DNA of 64,000 bases, taken from Acidimicrobiales bacterium (GTDB taxonomy: Bacteria > Actinomycetota > Acidimicrobiia > Acidimicrobiales > Aldehydirespiratoraceae). The notes under the pieces are model-generated. The model had not been told where the DNA came from and did not search any database. It saw nothing but the letters and a program-made list of their open reading frames with translations. The stretch is taken from contig OZ224042.1 in the NCBI GenBank assembly GCA_963662455.3, positions 1,727,234-1,791,233 on the forward strand, read 5' to 3'. Made by a program: the position numbers and the translations under genes. Shown piece after piece: positions 1 to 9,500 of this stretch (the stretch's first letter is position 1; each line of letters starts with the position of its first letter).

Positions 1-261
1 GGTCAACTTCCACAGAGATCCTCCAGTTCCTCGGCTGCGGTCAGCACCGATTCTGGAGGATCTCCCGCGTTCAGCCGCGGACCCTCACCCCACCGACTCC
101 GACCTCAAACGCGAAGAGCCGCCAAAACGCGGCATGGCGCAGAGTGAGTCCGCGAGGGCTGTAGACTCCTGGTGTGCCTTTCGAGGCACCGAAGCAATCC
201 CGACCTCCACCACAAGAAGGTGCTGTCATCAGCTCCACACTCTGCCTTGGCGTGCGCTTGA

Positions 262-1095
262 ATGCGCAATACAATCCGCCTACCTATGGCTGACCAGAGT
301 CCGTTGCCAGAGTATGGCGAGCCCCCTGTTGTTGAGGTCGCCTTGGCGGTCGAATTCAAGCAGTCGGTCAACTTTACTGCTCTTGACTTGGGGCGACTTG
401 CCAAGGCATGGGAGGACATCCTCCCATGTGCCGAAGAGCGACCTCTCCTACCTCGGATGGGTCTACCTTCAGAGGATCTTCTTGACACCCTGTTTGAGAT
501 CGAAGAGACAGCGAGCAACCCGCCTCGTCTCTGGCTCCAAAACGACTCGGGCGACCGTGTCGTCCAGATTCAACACGACCGTCTAGTTGTCAATTGGCGA
601 AAAGGTGATCACGGAGGCGAGTATCCACGGTATGACACGATCCGCGAGTCGATGCAGGATTCTTGGTCACGACTGACAACTGTATGCGCCGAACTCGGCC
701 ATAATGAGCCCATACCGTTTCTGTGCGAAGTTCAATACATCAACCGATTAGGTGCAGAACAAGGGTGGTATTCGCCTCAAGACACTGCGCGTTTGATCGT
801 TCCGTGGCGAGGTATGGAAGACGATGATTTTCTACCCCAAGACTACCTTAACGGAATTAGCTTGCACTGTCACTTTCCGGAGGAACGGGATGGTTGGTTG
901 ACTATCGACGGATGGACCTCGGATGAATCCGGAACAAGGGTCATGACTTTAGGGTTAACATCTCGTGGGAGAGCGCTTTCAGACGATCTGGGTAGTGCCC
1001 TGGATTTCTTGGATACGGCACATGTCTGGATTGTTCGAGGTTTCACCGCAGTTACTACTTCAGAAGCACACAAGATTTGGAGGCGCACTCGATGA
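262..1095 (+). CDS. Uncharacterized protein, TIGR04255-like
   Basis: 277-aa ORF. N-terminus PLPEYGEPPVVEVALAVEF resembles the signature I associate with the uncharacterized TIGR04255 family. Alternative ATG at 286. The stop overlaps the next start in ATGA (1092-1095). Confidence 0.55.
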   Translation: MRNTIRLPMADQSPLPEYGEPPVVEVALAVEFKQSVNFTALDLGRLAKAWEDILPCAEERPLLPRMGLPSEDLLDTLFEIEETASNPPRLWLQNDSGDRVVQIQHDRLVVNWRKGDHGGEYPRYDTIRESMQDSWSRLTTVCAELGHNEPIPFLCEVQYINRLGAEQGWYSPQDTARLIVPWRGMEDDDFLPQDYLNGISLHCHFPEERDGWLTIDGWTSDESGTRVMTLGLTSRGRALSDDLGSALDFLDTAHVWIVRGFTAVTTSEAHKIWRRTR

Positions 1096-1640
1096 CCACT
1101 GTCTGTTGTCCCACAAGCCAAGGATGGTCTAGCGAGGGTTTAGGATGGTCACGTCACCTGAGGAAGGGCGCGTCCGAAACCGTTTCGCAACCCCTAACAC
1201 GCGTGCACCAGATACGAAGCAGTGTCCTAACGCAACCGATTTTTGATGATTTCTTGAAGCAACTCTATACGCAGACTTGGTTTGGTGAAGTTTATAGTCG
1301 GCTGTGCAGATTCCTCTCGTATAGTGAAGATTGGAATGGGTATGGGGAAAAAGCGATCAGCGAACGCTCTGCGATCGGCACAATAATCGTACTGCACCGA
1401 ATAGGCATAGGTGGACCAAGGCCGGTGGTTGTTCCAGTATATGACGGGGGTATCCAGATCGAGTGGTATCACAACGAGTTTGAAATCGAGGTTGAAATTC
1501 CACCTTATGGCCCCGCCTCCGTATACATTGCGCGCCCTGACGGCAGCAAGTTCGAAGAGGTCGTGCAACAGATGGACAACCCTATATGGGATGAATTGCA
1601 TGAAACCATCACAGAACTGAAGGCTGCTGGAGTTGGATGA
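1092..1640 (+). CDS. Hypothetical protein, middle gene of ATGA-coupled cassette
   Basis: ATG at 1092 overlaps the upstream TGA, and the stop overlaps the next ATG at 1637-1640. AT-richer codon usage than the rest of the window. No motif recognised. Confidence 0.5.
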   Translation: MTTVCCPTSQGWSSEGLGWSRHLRKGASETVSQPLTRVHQIRSSVLTQPIFDDFLKQLYTQTWFGEVYSRLCRFLSYSEDWNGYGEKAISERSAIGTIIVLHRIGIGGPRPVVVPVYDGGIQIEWYHNEFEIEVEIPPYGPASVYIARPDGSKFEEVVQQMDNPIWDELHETITELKAAGVG

Positions 1641-2005
1641 CAAATCAGCATGTCGGCCGAGATGAAATTCTCTGGCGCAGAATACACTCGGCTCATTTCG
1701 TAGACGGTCGAATCTCGACCGCTGCGTTCAAAGATCCTGAAATGTCGGTCGATATAGCTCGGCTCCGTCGATACATGTCATTGACGCTTGAGAATGGTGT
1801 TGGCGTTGCCTCATTTTGTAGCGCAGTTGCATACGACAATGGACAACTAGTCTCCAGTAACCCACTTGAAGACAATCAAGCTCATGCACTCGTCATTGGC
1901 AACAAACCGCGACGCGTGAGTCTAGAATTTTGTAACTCGTCAACATTTACTTCTCGCGAAACGATCAGACTGTTCGTTGTCGGCATCGTCACTCGCGATC
2001 GCTGA
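1637..2005 (+). CDS. Hypothetical small protein, third gene of cassette
   Basis: 122-aa ORF that is translationally coupled (ATGA). The 3' end overlaps the convergent gene by 66 nt. No motif recognised. Confidence 0.45.
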   Translation: MTNQHVGRDEILWRRIHSAHFVDGRISTAAFKDPEMSVDIARLRRYMSLTLENGVGVASFCSAVAYDNGQLVSSNPLEDNQAHALVIGNKPRRVSLEFCNSSTFTSRETIRLFVVGIVTRDR

Positions 2006-3304
2006 CTCCTCGCCAGACTGTGACGACTTGGGTGCGGCTATCGGCGGTGCTTTGGGGACGAACGCTTGGAGGTCTTGAACAACTTCGGCATAGTACACGA
2101 CGGTGGCCTCAACCACCGAGTCGATGAAGCCTGGTTTGCGTTTGCTCACTCGGCCCTCTCCCATCTGCGAATGGAGCCGCAAAACAAAGCGCGCTGGGGG
2201 TTTCTTGTCCGGGCCGATGCATGCCAGCGGATTTTCGCGAAGCTCGGCCAACGACGCGGTGACAGGGTTCTTGGTCGCTTTCGGGTATGCATCAATCAAC
2301 AGGGCCTCCGGGGCATGTTTCAGTTGCTTGACGAGCCAGACCACACGCGCTCGTGGAGTACGCTCGTCGGGAGCTTTGAGCCGTGTGCTCAGGGTGATCC
2401 TCCTCGCTCGCAGGTTGACCGCAAGTTCTATATCGCCGATGGTGTCCGGCACTCTCAGTTCACCGCTCAGAATCCCTGTCTCGCAAAGCGAGTCGATGAA
2501 GTCTTTGCTGCGAAGGCGCGGGTCGTGCTGATGCGTTCTTGGGATGACTTCGATCGCGTCGGCTCCGGTGTCAACGCTCAGCCTCATCGCCGCGACACTG
2601 AGCAGTTGATCCCAGCGTTGACACACATCGGCAACGTCGGGATCACGTTTTGACAGACGATCCTCGAACGCTCCGTCCCTGACAGACACCCAGCCCGTCC
2701 CCATGTCGGAGAACTCGACCACACCCGAGTTCGGATGCGTCAGATAGCGGATCAACTCTCCGAGGATCCATGCCTGCTCCGGGTCTTCGACGCCCCGATG
2801 ATGATGTTCCTTGATCGCCTTGGAGACGATTTTCGCCCACGAAACATGATGCAGATCGGGACCGGACCTGCCTCGCACCCGGACACCTTCAGTCGGATGC
2901 ACACCGGGCGACGGCGCAATCTCGTTGGAGATAGAGATCACAGCACCCACACCGTTGGCTTTCGCCGCTTCCATGTAGGCGCTCAACTGGTCTGCGCTCA
3001 GCGCGGCCGTCCCAGTCTTCACTTCAAGGTACGCCTCGAACAAAACGTTGTTGCCTTGCAGCACACGAATCAGGCCGTCGGGCCGCAACGAGGTTCCATC
3101 GGAGGTTTCGCAGGTCGGTTGTATGTACGCCTCAACCTGCGCACGTCTCCCAACTCTCGCGCCGAACATCCCCAACACCACAGTCGCGAACGGTCGCACG
3201 ACTGTCATTACCGCCAGCAACGCGGAGGTGGCACGGTCTTCAGCCTCCTGCCTACCTCTGATTCCCGCCACCGGAATCAGCCTCGCTTTCTCACCGTGAC
3301 TCAT
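1940..3304 (-). CDS. PD-(D/E)xK nuclease-fold domain protein, function unknown
   Basis: 454-aa ORF with GGAGG 6 nt upstream of the ATG. The N-terminal region RPDGLIRV...FEAYLEVKTG fits the D...ExK restriction-endonuclease-like motif. Confidence 0.6.
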   Translation of the reverse strand: MSHGEKARLIPVAGIRGRQEAEDRATSALLAVMTVVRPFATVVLGMFGARVGRRAQVEAYIQPTCETSDGTSLRPDGLIRVLQGNNVLFEAYLEVKTGTAALSADQLSAYMEAAKANGVGAVISISNEIAPSPGVHPTEGVRVRGRSGPDLHHVSWAKIVSKAIKEHHHRGVEDPEQAWILGELIRYLTHPNSGVVEFSDMGTGWVSVRDGAFEDRLSKRDPDVADVCQRWDQLLSVAAMRLSVDTGADAIEVIPRTHQHDPRLRSKDFIDSLCETGILSGELRVPDTIGDIELAVNLRARRITLSTRLKAPDERTPRARVVWLVKQLKHAPEALLIDAYPKATKNPVTASLAELRENPLACIGPDKKPPARFVLRLHSQMGEGRVSKRKPGFIDSVVEATVVYYAEVVQDLQAFVPKAPPIAAPKSSQSGEESAIASDDADNEQSDRFARSKC

Positions 3305-3674
3305 GACTTACCTCCAAGAAAGGGCGGGTCGCGCCACCAGATTTCTTGCAAGACCCCGCCTCGTTGATCCCCGCCACCGGCAAGGCCGCGTCGATCAGTT
3401 CGGCCGCACACACTCACGCCTGGTAGAGGCCCCGCTCAAGACCGCTCACCCTACCCACAACCCGGCACAATACTCCGCCGACATCGTCCGCCGTCCCCAC
3501 CCCTGTCAATCAGGAACTCGCGAGAAGGTCAAGTACACCGAAGCGAAGGCATCGGTCGGCCTCCGAGTCAACAAATTCGCCAACTCCGAGGGTACCCGCC
3601 TCGGTCACCGACAACAGCAGATCGGGGTCGAGGATGCCGCGGCCAGAAGTTCCGTGACGTTGGAAATTGATGGG

Positions 3675-4925
3675 CTAACCCTTCCAGAGGAAGCTGATCG
3701 GTAGTGCCCATATGCGGTCGGAGAGCACGAATGCTGAGGGCCCCGTGTGCAACACGACGCCGGCGAGCAACTGGTCACCGAGATGATCGCGCAGCCACAT
3801 GAGGTGACGTGCATCGTCGCGGGAGGGCGCGGCAGTGGCTTTGATCTCGAACGCCAGCAGATGCTGGGAGTCCAGTTCGGCGATCACATCTATCTCGTGG
3901 CGACCGTGGTGCTGTCGAAGGTGATACAGGCGACAACGGTGCTCGCTGACTGTTGCTTGTGCCCTCAGATGGGCCACCACCATGGTCTCAAGGAGACGCC
4001 CCAAAAGGTTGCCGTCTCTCATGGCCATCTGGCTGTTGGCACCGGTCACTGATGCCAGAAGCGACGGATCGACCAAGAACCGCTTGGGCGCCAGCGACAG
4101 TCTCTTGAGTCGGTTCGACGTCCAGGCAGGCAGCTCGTCAATGATGTGCAGTCGATCCAACAGATCCAAGTAGCGCAGCACAGTGCGACGGTTGATACCC
4201 GCCGCTTCGCACAGGGTTGCGTCGTCGGTGATACCGGCCGAGTTGAGCGCGTATGCCTCGAAGAACCGGGCCAACCGGGCATTGTCGTATCTGTCGCCGG
4301 CGATCTGGGAGTCGCGCGTAACGATCTCCTCGATGTAGGTGTCGAGCCAACTTCGGCGGGCTCGCTCTGAGAGATGCAGCGCGGCCTGAGGGAACCCGCC
4401 ACATACGGACTGCTCAATGTAGTAGCGAAGATTCGGGTTCGCCGTCACCGTTGAGCTCTGATCTGCGCCGACGGCCAACTCGCCTCGTGCGATCCGATCG
4501 ACTAGCGGCACCTCGGGCAGGCCGAGGCGCTCCCCGACTGTCATTGGATAAACCGCTGTCCGGGTGACCCTGCCAGTTCCGGGCCAGGTTTCGGTCTCAA
4601 CTTCAGCCCGGATTGATCCCGTCAAGATGAACCTGCCGGGTCTGGGCTCAGTGTCGCAGGCCCGTTTGACCGCACCCAGCACCTGGGGTACCTCTTGCCA
4701 CTCATCAAGCAGCACGGGCTCAACCAGGCCCTCAATCGCCGTGTCGGGGTCGGCCGCTACCGACAGCGCCTCAGCCGGGCGGTCCAACCGGATCACGGTT
4801 CGGGCATGACGCTGTGCGGTAGTCGTCTTACCCGAACCCCTCGGCCCGACCAGCGCCAGCGCGGGGAGCTCCTTGAGGAGATCGGACACAAGCGGATCGA
4901 CCAAACGATCGAGGTACTCAGCCAC
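3675..4925 (-). CDS. AAA+ ATPase with DUF4143-type C-terminal region
   Basis: Walker A GPRGSGKTT and Walker B-like LLDEWQ. The GTG at 4925 places Walker A about 25 aa from the N-terminus, as is usual for this family. The ORF track maximum start is 5000. Confidence 0.8.
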   Translation of the reverse strand: MAEYLDRLVDPLVSDLLKELPALALVGPRGSGKTTTAQRHARTVIRLDRPAEALSVAADPDTAIEGLVEPVLLDEWQEVPQVLGAVKRACDTEPRPGRFILTGSIRAEVETETWPGTGRVTRTAVYPMTVGERLGLPEVPLVDRIARGELAVGADQSSTVTANPNLRYYIEQSVCGGFPQAALHLSERARRSWLDTYIEEIVTRDSQIAGDRYDNARLARFFEAYALNSAGITDDATLCEAAGINRRTVLRYLDLLDRLHIIDELPAWTSNRLKRLSLAPKRFLVDPSLLASVTGANSQMAMRDGNLLGRLLETMVVAHLRAQATVSEHRCRLYHLRQHHGRHEIDVIAELDSQHLLAFEIKATAAPSRDDARHLMWLRDHLGDQLLAGVVLHTGPSAFVLSDRIWALPISFLWKG

Positions 4926-4935
4926 AGAACCAGAG

Positions 4936-4973
4936 TACCGATAATTGACAGGGTTTACTACCGATAATTGACA
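4936..4973. promoter_or_regulatory. Two 15-bp direct repeats TACCGATAATTGACA (period 23 bp) just upstream of the ATPase GTG start
   Basis: Exact copies at 4936-4950 and 4959-4973. They lie in the 5' region of gene 3675..4925. Confidence 0.4.
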
Positions 4974-5219
4974 TATATTTGTGCCTCTATTCGACACCAC
5001 GGCGAAATCCGAGCCGGACTGGATCTAGTCGATACATGAAGCAACCCCGAAGCGGAAGACCCCGCCGATCAGCCGGGAAACGAGACCAGCACCGAATCAT
5101 CCGAGTGCTCACCGAAGGAGCGGTCACCGAACCCGGCTGCCTCGCGCAGTGGGCCCGTCGCCACGGACACGCGACAACGTGTGCAGTCGGCAACCGGAAG
5201 GTGTTGTTCTTCAAGTTTC

Positions 5220-5483
5220 TCAGCTGGGTCGGTAAACGTCTCGGCGGTGCTGGATCCGGTGAATCACCACCATCTTGTCGTCTTCGGAGATTGTATAGAT
5301 GATGCGATAGTCGCCCCTCCGGGCAGACCAGAACCCCTCAAGCTCTCCAACGAGAGGTTTCCCCAGCCGGCGGGGGTTCTCGGTCAATGGCCCGGAGATT
5401 GCGGCCATTGCGGCGTCTTTCACCTTGTCTGGTACCCGAACCAGGTTGCGCATCGCCTCAGGCGTGATCCTCGCCTCATACAC
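5220..5483 (-). CDS. RelE/ParE-family type II toxin
   Basis: 87 aa. Ends in the typical pattern RRGDYRIIYTISEDDKMVVIHRIQHRRDVY. Lies directly downstream of a Phd/YefM gene. Confidence 0.85.
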   Translation of the reverse strand: MYEARITPEAMRNLVRVPDKVKDAAMAAISGPLTENPRRLGKPLVGELEGFWSARRGDYRIIYTISEDDKMVVIHRIQHRRDVYRPS

Positions 5484-5492
5484 GGGGTCGCC

Positions 5493-5759
5493 TCAGAACT
5501 CGTCGGGGAGCGGCAGATGCTTCCCTTCGGCGGCTTCTCGAAGCGACCTGCGCAGCGACTCGACCAGTTCCCCATCGCGCATTATGTCGAGAGTCTCCTC
5601 CAGCGATTCGAGATCGTCGGGACTGATGAGAACGAACGATGGGCGACCATTGCGGGTCACAAAGATGCGATCGTGCTGACGCTCGACGCGGTCGGCCATC
5701 TCAGAGAGATGCGCCTTTACTTCGGAGAACGGGAGTGTGTCTGTCACATGCATGAGCAT
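5493..5759 (-). CDS. Phd/YefM-family antitoxin
   Basis: 88 aa. Pattern FSEVKAHLSEMADRVERQHDRIFVTRNGRPSFVLISPDDLESLEETL is typical of Phd/YefM. Confidence 0.85.
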   Translation of the reverse strand: MLMHVTDTLPFSEVKAHLSEMADRVERQHDRIFVTRNGRPSFVLISPDDLESLEETLDIMRDGELVESLRRSLREAAEGKHLPLPDEF

Positions 5760-5863
5760 AGGTCATAATTCTGACCTGACAAACGGATCAGCTAGAAAAC
5801 CAGGTTGTTCCTTGCGGGTGTCGTCACTCCGTGCTGACGCTGGTGGATTCCTCGGCTGACCCT

Positions 5864-6259
5864 CTACTTTTCTTGAAGTTCGGGGAAGTAGGTGGCATAG
5901 AATCCCCGGTCCCGGGTCAAGAAGATGTCGGCATTCGCAAAGGCGTGAGCGCCGATCAGGAAGTCGGTGATGATGCGTTTCCTCGATCCGCCCGCCTGCC
6001 GGTACCGCTTCCACCGCAGTCCCGCTTCGTAGGCTACGGCCGTGTCAATCGGAGAGACCGTCGCATTGATCTCCCGCAGTGCCCTGTCCAGTGGGGAGCG
6101 GTCACCAAAAGCCGGCACAAGTTCTGAATAGACGACATCACAGACCAAGACGGCTCCTCTGTCGTAGGCACCGATGAGCCATTCAGAGGATTGAGAATGG
6201 TGTGGTGCGCCGGACACGAAAACATCTAGCAGGACGTTGGTGTCAACAGCCGTGATCAT
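5864..6259 (-). CDS. vapC: PIN-domain toxin VapC
   Basis: 131 aa. N-terminal ITAVDTNVLLD and C-terminal DFLIGAHA...LTRD acidic PIN residues. Overlaps the upstream antitoxin gene by 4 nt. Confidence 0.85.
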   Translation of the reverse strand: MITAVDTNVLLDVFVSGAPHHSQSSEWLIGAYDRGAVLVCDVVYSELVPAFGDRSPLDRALREINATVSPIDTAVAYEAGLRWKRYRQAGGSRKRIITDFLIGAHAFANADIFLTRDRGFYATYFPELQEK

Positions 6260-6477
6260 CCCCGAATCTCGTCGAGGTAGGAGTCGACGTCACCGACGTC
6301 GGCAACGCTGTCAAGTATTCCACTGACCCTCTCGACTGGATGCTGGGCGGCCGACCGCTTCTGGATCAGCAGGCCGTGTTCTGTCGGCGTTATCTCAACT
6401 TCGACATCCTTGTTCATACCGAAACGGTCCCTCAACCGCTTGGGGATGGTGATTTGTCCACGTTCGGATATACGCAT
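6256..6477 (-). CDS. vapB: AbrB/SpoVT-fold antitoxin VapB
   Basis: MRISERGQITIPKRLRDRFG is a SpoVT/AbrB-type DNA-binding motif. ATG at 6477 is preferred. The ORF track maximum start is 6519. Confidence 0.8.
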   Translation of the reverse strand: MRISERGQITIPKRLRDRFGMNKDVEVEITPTEHGLLIQKRSAAQHPVERVSGILDSVADVGDVDSYLDEIRG

Positions 6478-6553
6478 GTCTTGCCCCGTATGAATTTCAG
6501 TCAACAAATATCGTACCAAGTAGCAGAGCGTCGGGCTTGTTCCGTCACCCGGG

Positions 6554-9500
6554 TCAGTGCGGGGGCAGCGACTGGGCCAGGAGATCCGAGACGTTCAGGG
6601 GGATGCTGGTCTGGGCTTCGTGCATCGTCACGCCCTCGAAGGGCCTGACCAGGTAACGGACCTCGGGTTCGGCGTCGGGTTCGTCGGGGACTGACACAAC
6701 CGCCAACCGCCACACATCGGGACTGCACTGGGCCTGCCCGACCTGGGTCTTGCTGACGCTGATCTGCTCGGTGCCCGGCAGATGGCCCTTGACCTCGATC
6801 AGGTAATAGACCCCAGCCACGGGATCGAACGACAGCACGTCGTAACCGGGGTTGCTGTGCTCCTTTTGCTCAGGTCTGCGGCCCAGCGCCCTCTCAGCCT
6901 TCATCACCGCAGCGACGGCACGCCGGTCGGTCTCCATCTTGTCGGCGGTGGCGTCGAGAACAGGCGGACTCCCCTGCAGTTGATCGAGCAGGCCCTGCGG
7001 GACCACGAGCGCGGCCCCGACCACAGTCGGCGGGCCGTTGTGGAGGTTCTCCTCCAGCGCAAGATCGGCACGACGCTGCGCCAAACGAGCCTCCAGTTCC
7101 TCAGCCCTAGCCCGAGCCCTCCCCGAATTCAGACGAGGCTTGCCCCCAGCGAGTTCCTGGGCCTTGATCTCCTCGGCTCGCAGGTCCCAGTAGCGAATCT
7201 CAGCTTCCAGCCGCTCCCTCACCGCCTCTGCAACACGAGCAACCCGGCCGGTGACAACCGCACGAACCTCCTCGAAGTGTGGCGCCGCCATCTGCTCGAT
7301 CGCCCAATCACGCGCACCGACCTCAGCCGCGTGGCCGGCCCAATCGAGATCAACCCGCCCATCGAGCAGGCCCGCTTGCTCCTCGGCCAGAGGCGCATAG
7401 TTGAGATAAGGCTGACCGCCCGGGTCGCCGACGTTTCCGTACCGGTCGATCTCCACATACTGGACCCTCCGAGACACCACCTGACGACTCCCGTGAACGA
7501 GGCGTCCATCGGTGATGGAATGGTCGAGGAACACCAGCAAACGGGGCTCCACCGACGGATTCTTGGGGTCAACCAGAATCGCTCCCCGCTGAAGGGTCTC
7601 GCCGTGGTCGGCGGAAACCTTGCGAAGCACAGCGGTGAGCAGCGGACTCCCGGGCGACACGAGTTCAGCCGGGACTCCAATCCCTTGACGAGCACTCGAT
7701 TCACCAGAATCAGAACGAGACAGATCAGGCGCGATGTGGGCCTTGTCGAACGTCACCCGGTGGTAACGGTCGTGCACCGCCCCGAGCGAAGGGTCAGCGG
7801 CGGCACGCACCGCCACCGGCACGCGGGTGATCTCGAAGCGGCCGTGCTCACGGCCCGTGATCCGCCCGCCGTAGTGGCACAGCGCCGTCGAGAAGAACGT
7901 CTGCACGAACCACGGCGACAGCTTGCGGGCCTTCGCCTGCGCCATCGTTCGGCGGATCTCATCGTTGGCAGCCGCATCGGCAAGGCCCGACACCAGCGCC
8001 CGCTCTTCCAACACACCGTTGAGCTGGGTTCCGATGTCGCCGTCGATCACCTCGTCCATCCAGGCCCCGTGCGCCGGGTCAGCGTCAGAGCGAATGGCCC
8101 GCATCAACAAATCCCTCAGCGAGACATTGATCTGCGAGTCGCCGAGCACGTCGTAAACCTGATCGCCGAACACGCCGCGCTGCTGCTCGATCTTCTCGAA
8201 CAGGCGCTGGAACACCTGACCCTCCCGAGTCTCGTGAGCGACCAGGTTCCACATGTGGCAAGGCCGATTCTGGCCGATTCGATGGATCCGCCCGAAGCGC
8301 TGCTCAATACGGTTCGGGTTCCAGGGCAGGTCGTAGTTGACCATCAAGTTGGCGACCTGCAGATTGACACCCTCACCCGCCGCATCTGTGGCCACCATGA
8401 CCTGAGCCGTCGGGTCCACCCGGAAACGGTCCTGGATCGCCCTGCGATCATGGCGCTTGATCCCGCCGTGAATGACGACGACCGCCTCTGGGCGGCCCAA
8501 CTCAGCGGCGATCCGCTCCTCCAGATAGGTGAGCGTGTCCTTGTGTTCAGAGAACACGATCAACTTGGGAACGGTTCCACGCCCGACAGAGTCTTCCCCG
8601 TCAGCGCTGAGACCGGCCCCGACCGCGAAGCGACCGGAACGCAGCAAGTCCCGAAGCTGCACCCATTTGGTGTCCTCACGGCTTGTGCGGACTCCGTCGG
8701 CCAGCTCGACCAGCACTTCCAACTCCGCAACCTCCGCCGCAAGCTCATCAGCGGTCCCCGCAGCGGTGGCAGCGTCGATCACGATGCTCTCCAACTCCTC
8801 GAACTCATCGTCGCTGTAGTCGTCGAAATCAAAATCCTCCAGATCGCTGATCCGCACGCCACGGGGCAGATCAACCACAGGAACCGGATCGCCCGACGAA
8901 GCCAGACGACGCAGTTCGGACTCCTGTTCTGCCAAACGGTCCCGGCGGCGGCGCAACGAGTGATAGATCGCAGCCGGGGACGACGCCAACCGACGCTGGA
9001 GACCCGCCAGGGCGAACCCGACCATGATCCCACGACGGTCGCCCCCCTCCTGCATCCGCTGAGCCCGGTTCATACCGGTCCGCACATAGTTCGTAACCGA
9101 CTCATACAACTCGGCCTCAGGCGCCGACAGCTCGAAACTCAAACTGTGGGCATGGCGCTGAGGGAACAACCGACGGCCCTCGAAGGTACGCAGGTTCTCC
9201 TTCACTATCCGACGCATCACCTGTGACGTGTCAGGCATCTCCGGCCGTTCGTCGCCGTCGCCCTTGTTGCCGCGTCCTCGCAGCCGGCCTTCGAACATGT
9301 CCGGATCGACCAGAGTCATGAACGCCAGGAAGTCGTCGTCCTTGCCGTTGTGGGGAGTGGCCGTCAGCAACAGCAGATGCCGAGTGCGCTCCCGCAGCGC
9401 CTCACCGAGGATGAACCGCTTCGTGCGGCGCAACTCCCCGCTGTAACGGTTCGCCGACATCTTGTGGGCCTCATCAACAATCACCAGATCCCACTGCGAA

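Noticed and set aside
196-212. AATCCCGACCTCCACCA, which resembles the 3' end of a tRNA or tmRNA; also a 12-bp inverted repeat at 15-26/53-64
   Set aside because: I could not fold a T-arm or cloverleaf from the upstream sequence. It might be an att-like remnant marking an island edge, but that cannot be tested within this window.
5181-5768. 195-aa + strand ORF
   Set aside because: It is antisense to the RelE/Phd pair, which has clear family signatures.
6782-9226. 814-aa + strand ORF
   Set aside because: It lies entirely antisense to the SNF2 helicase gene, which has clear motifs. It is an Arg/Pro/His-rich shadow ORF typical of high-GC DNA.
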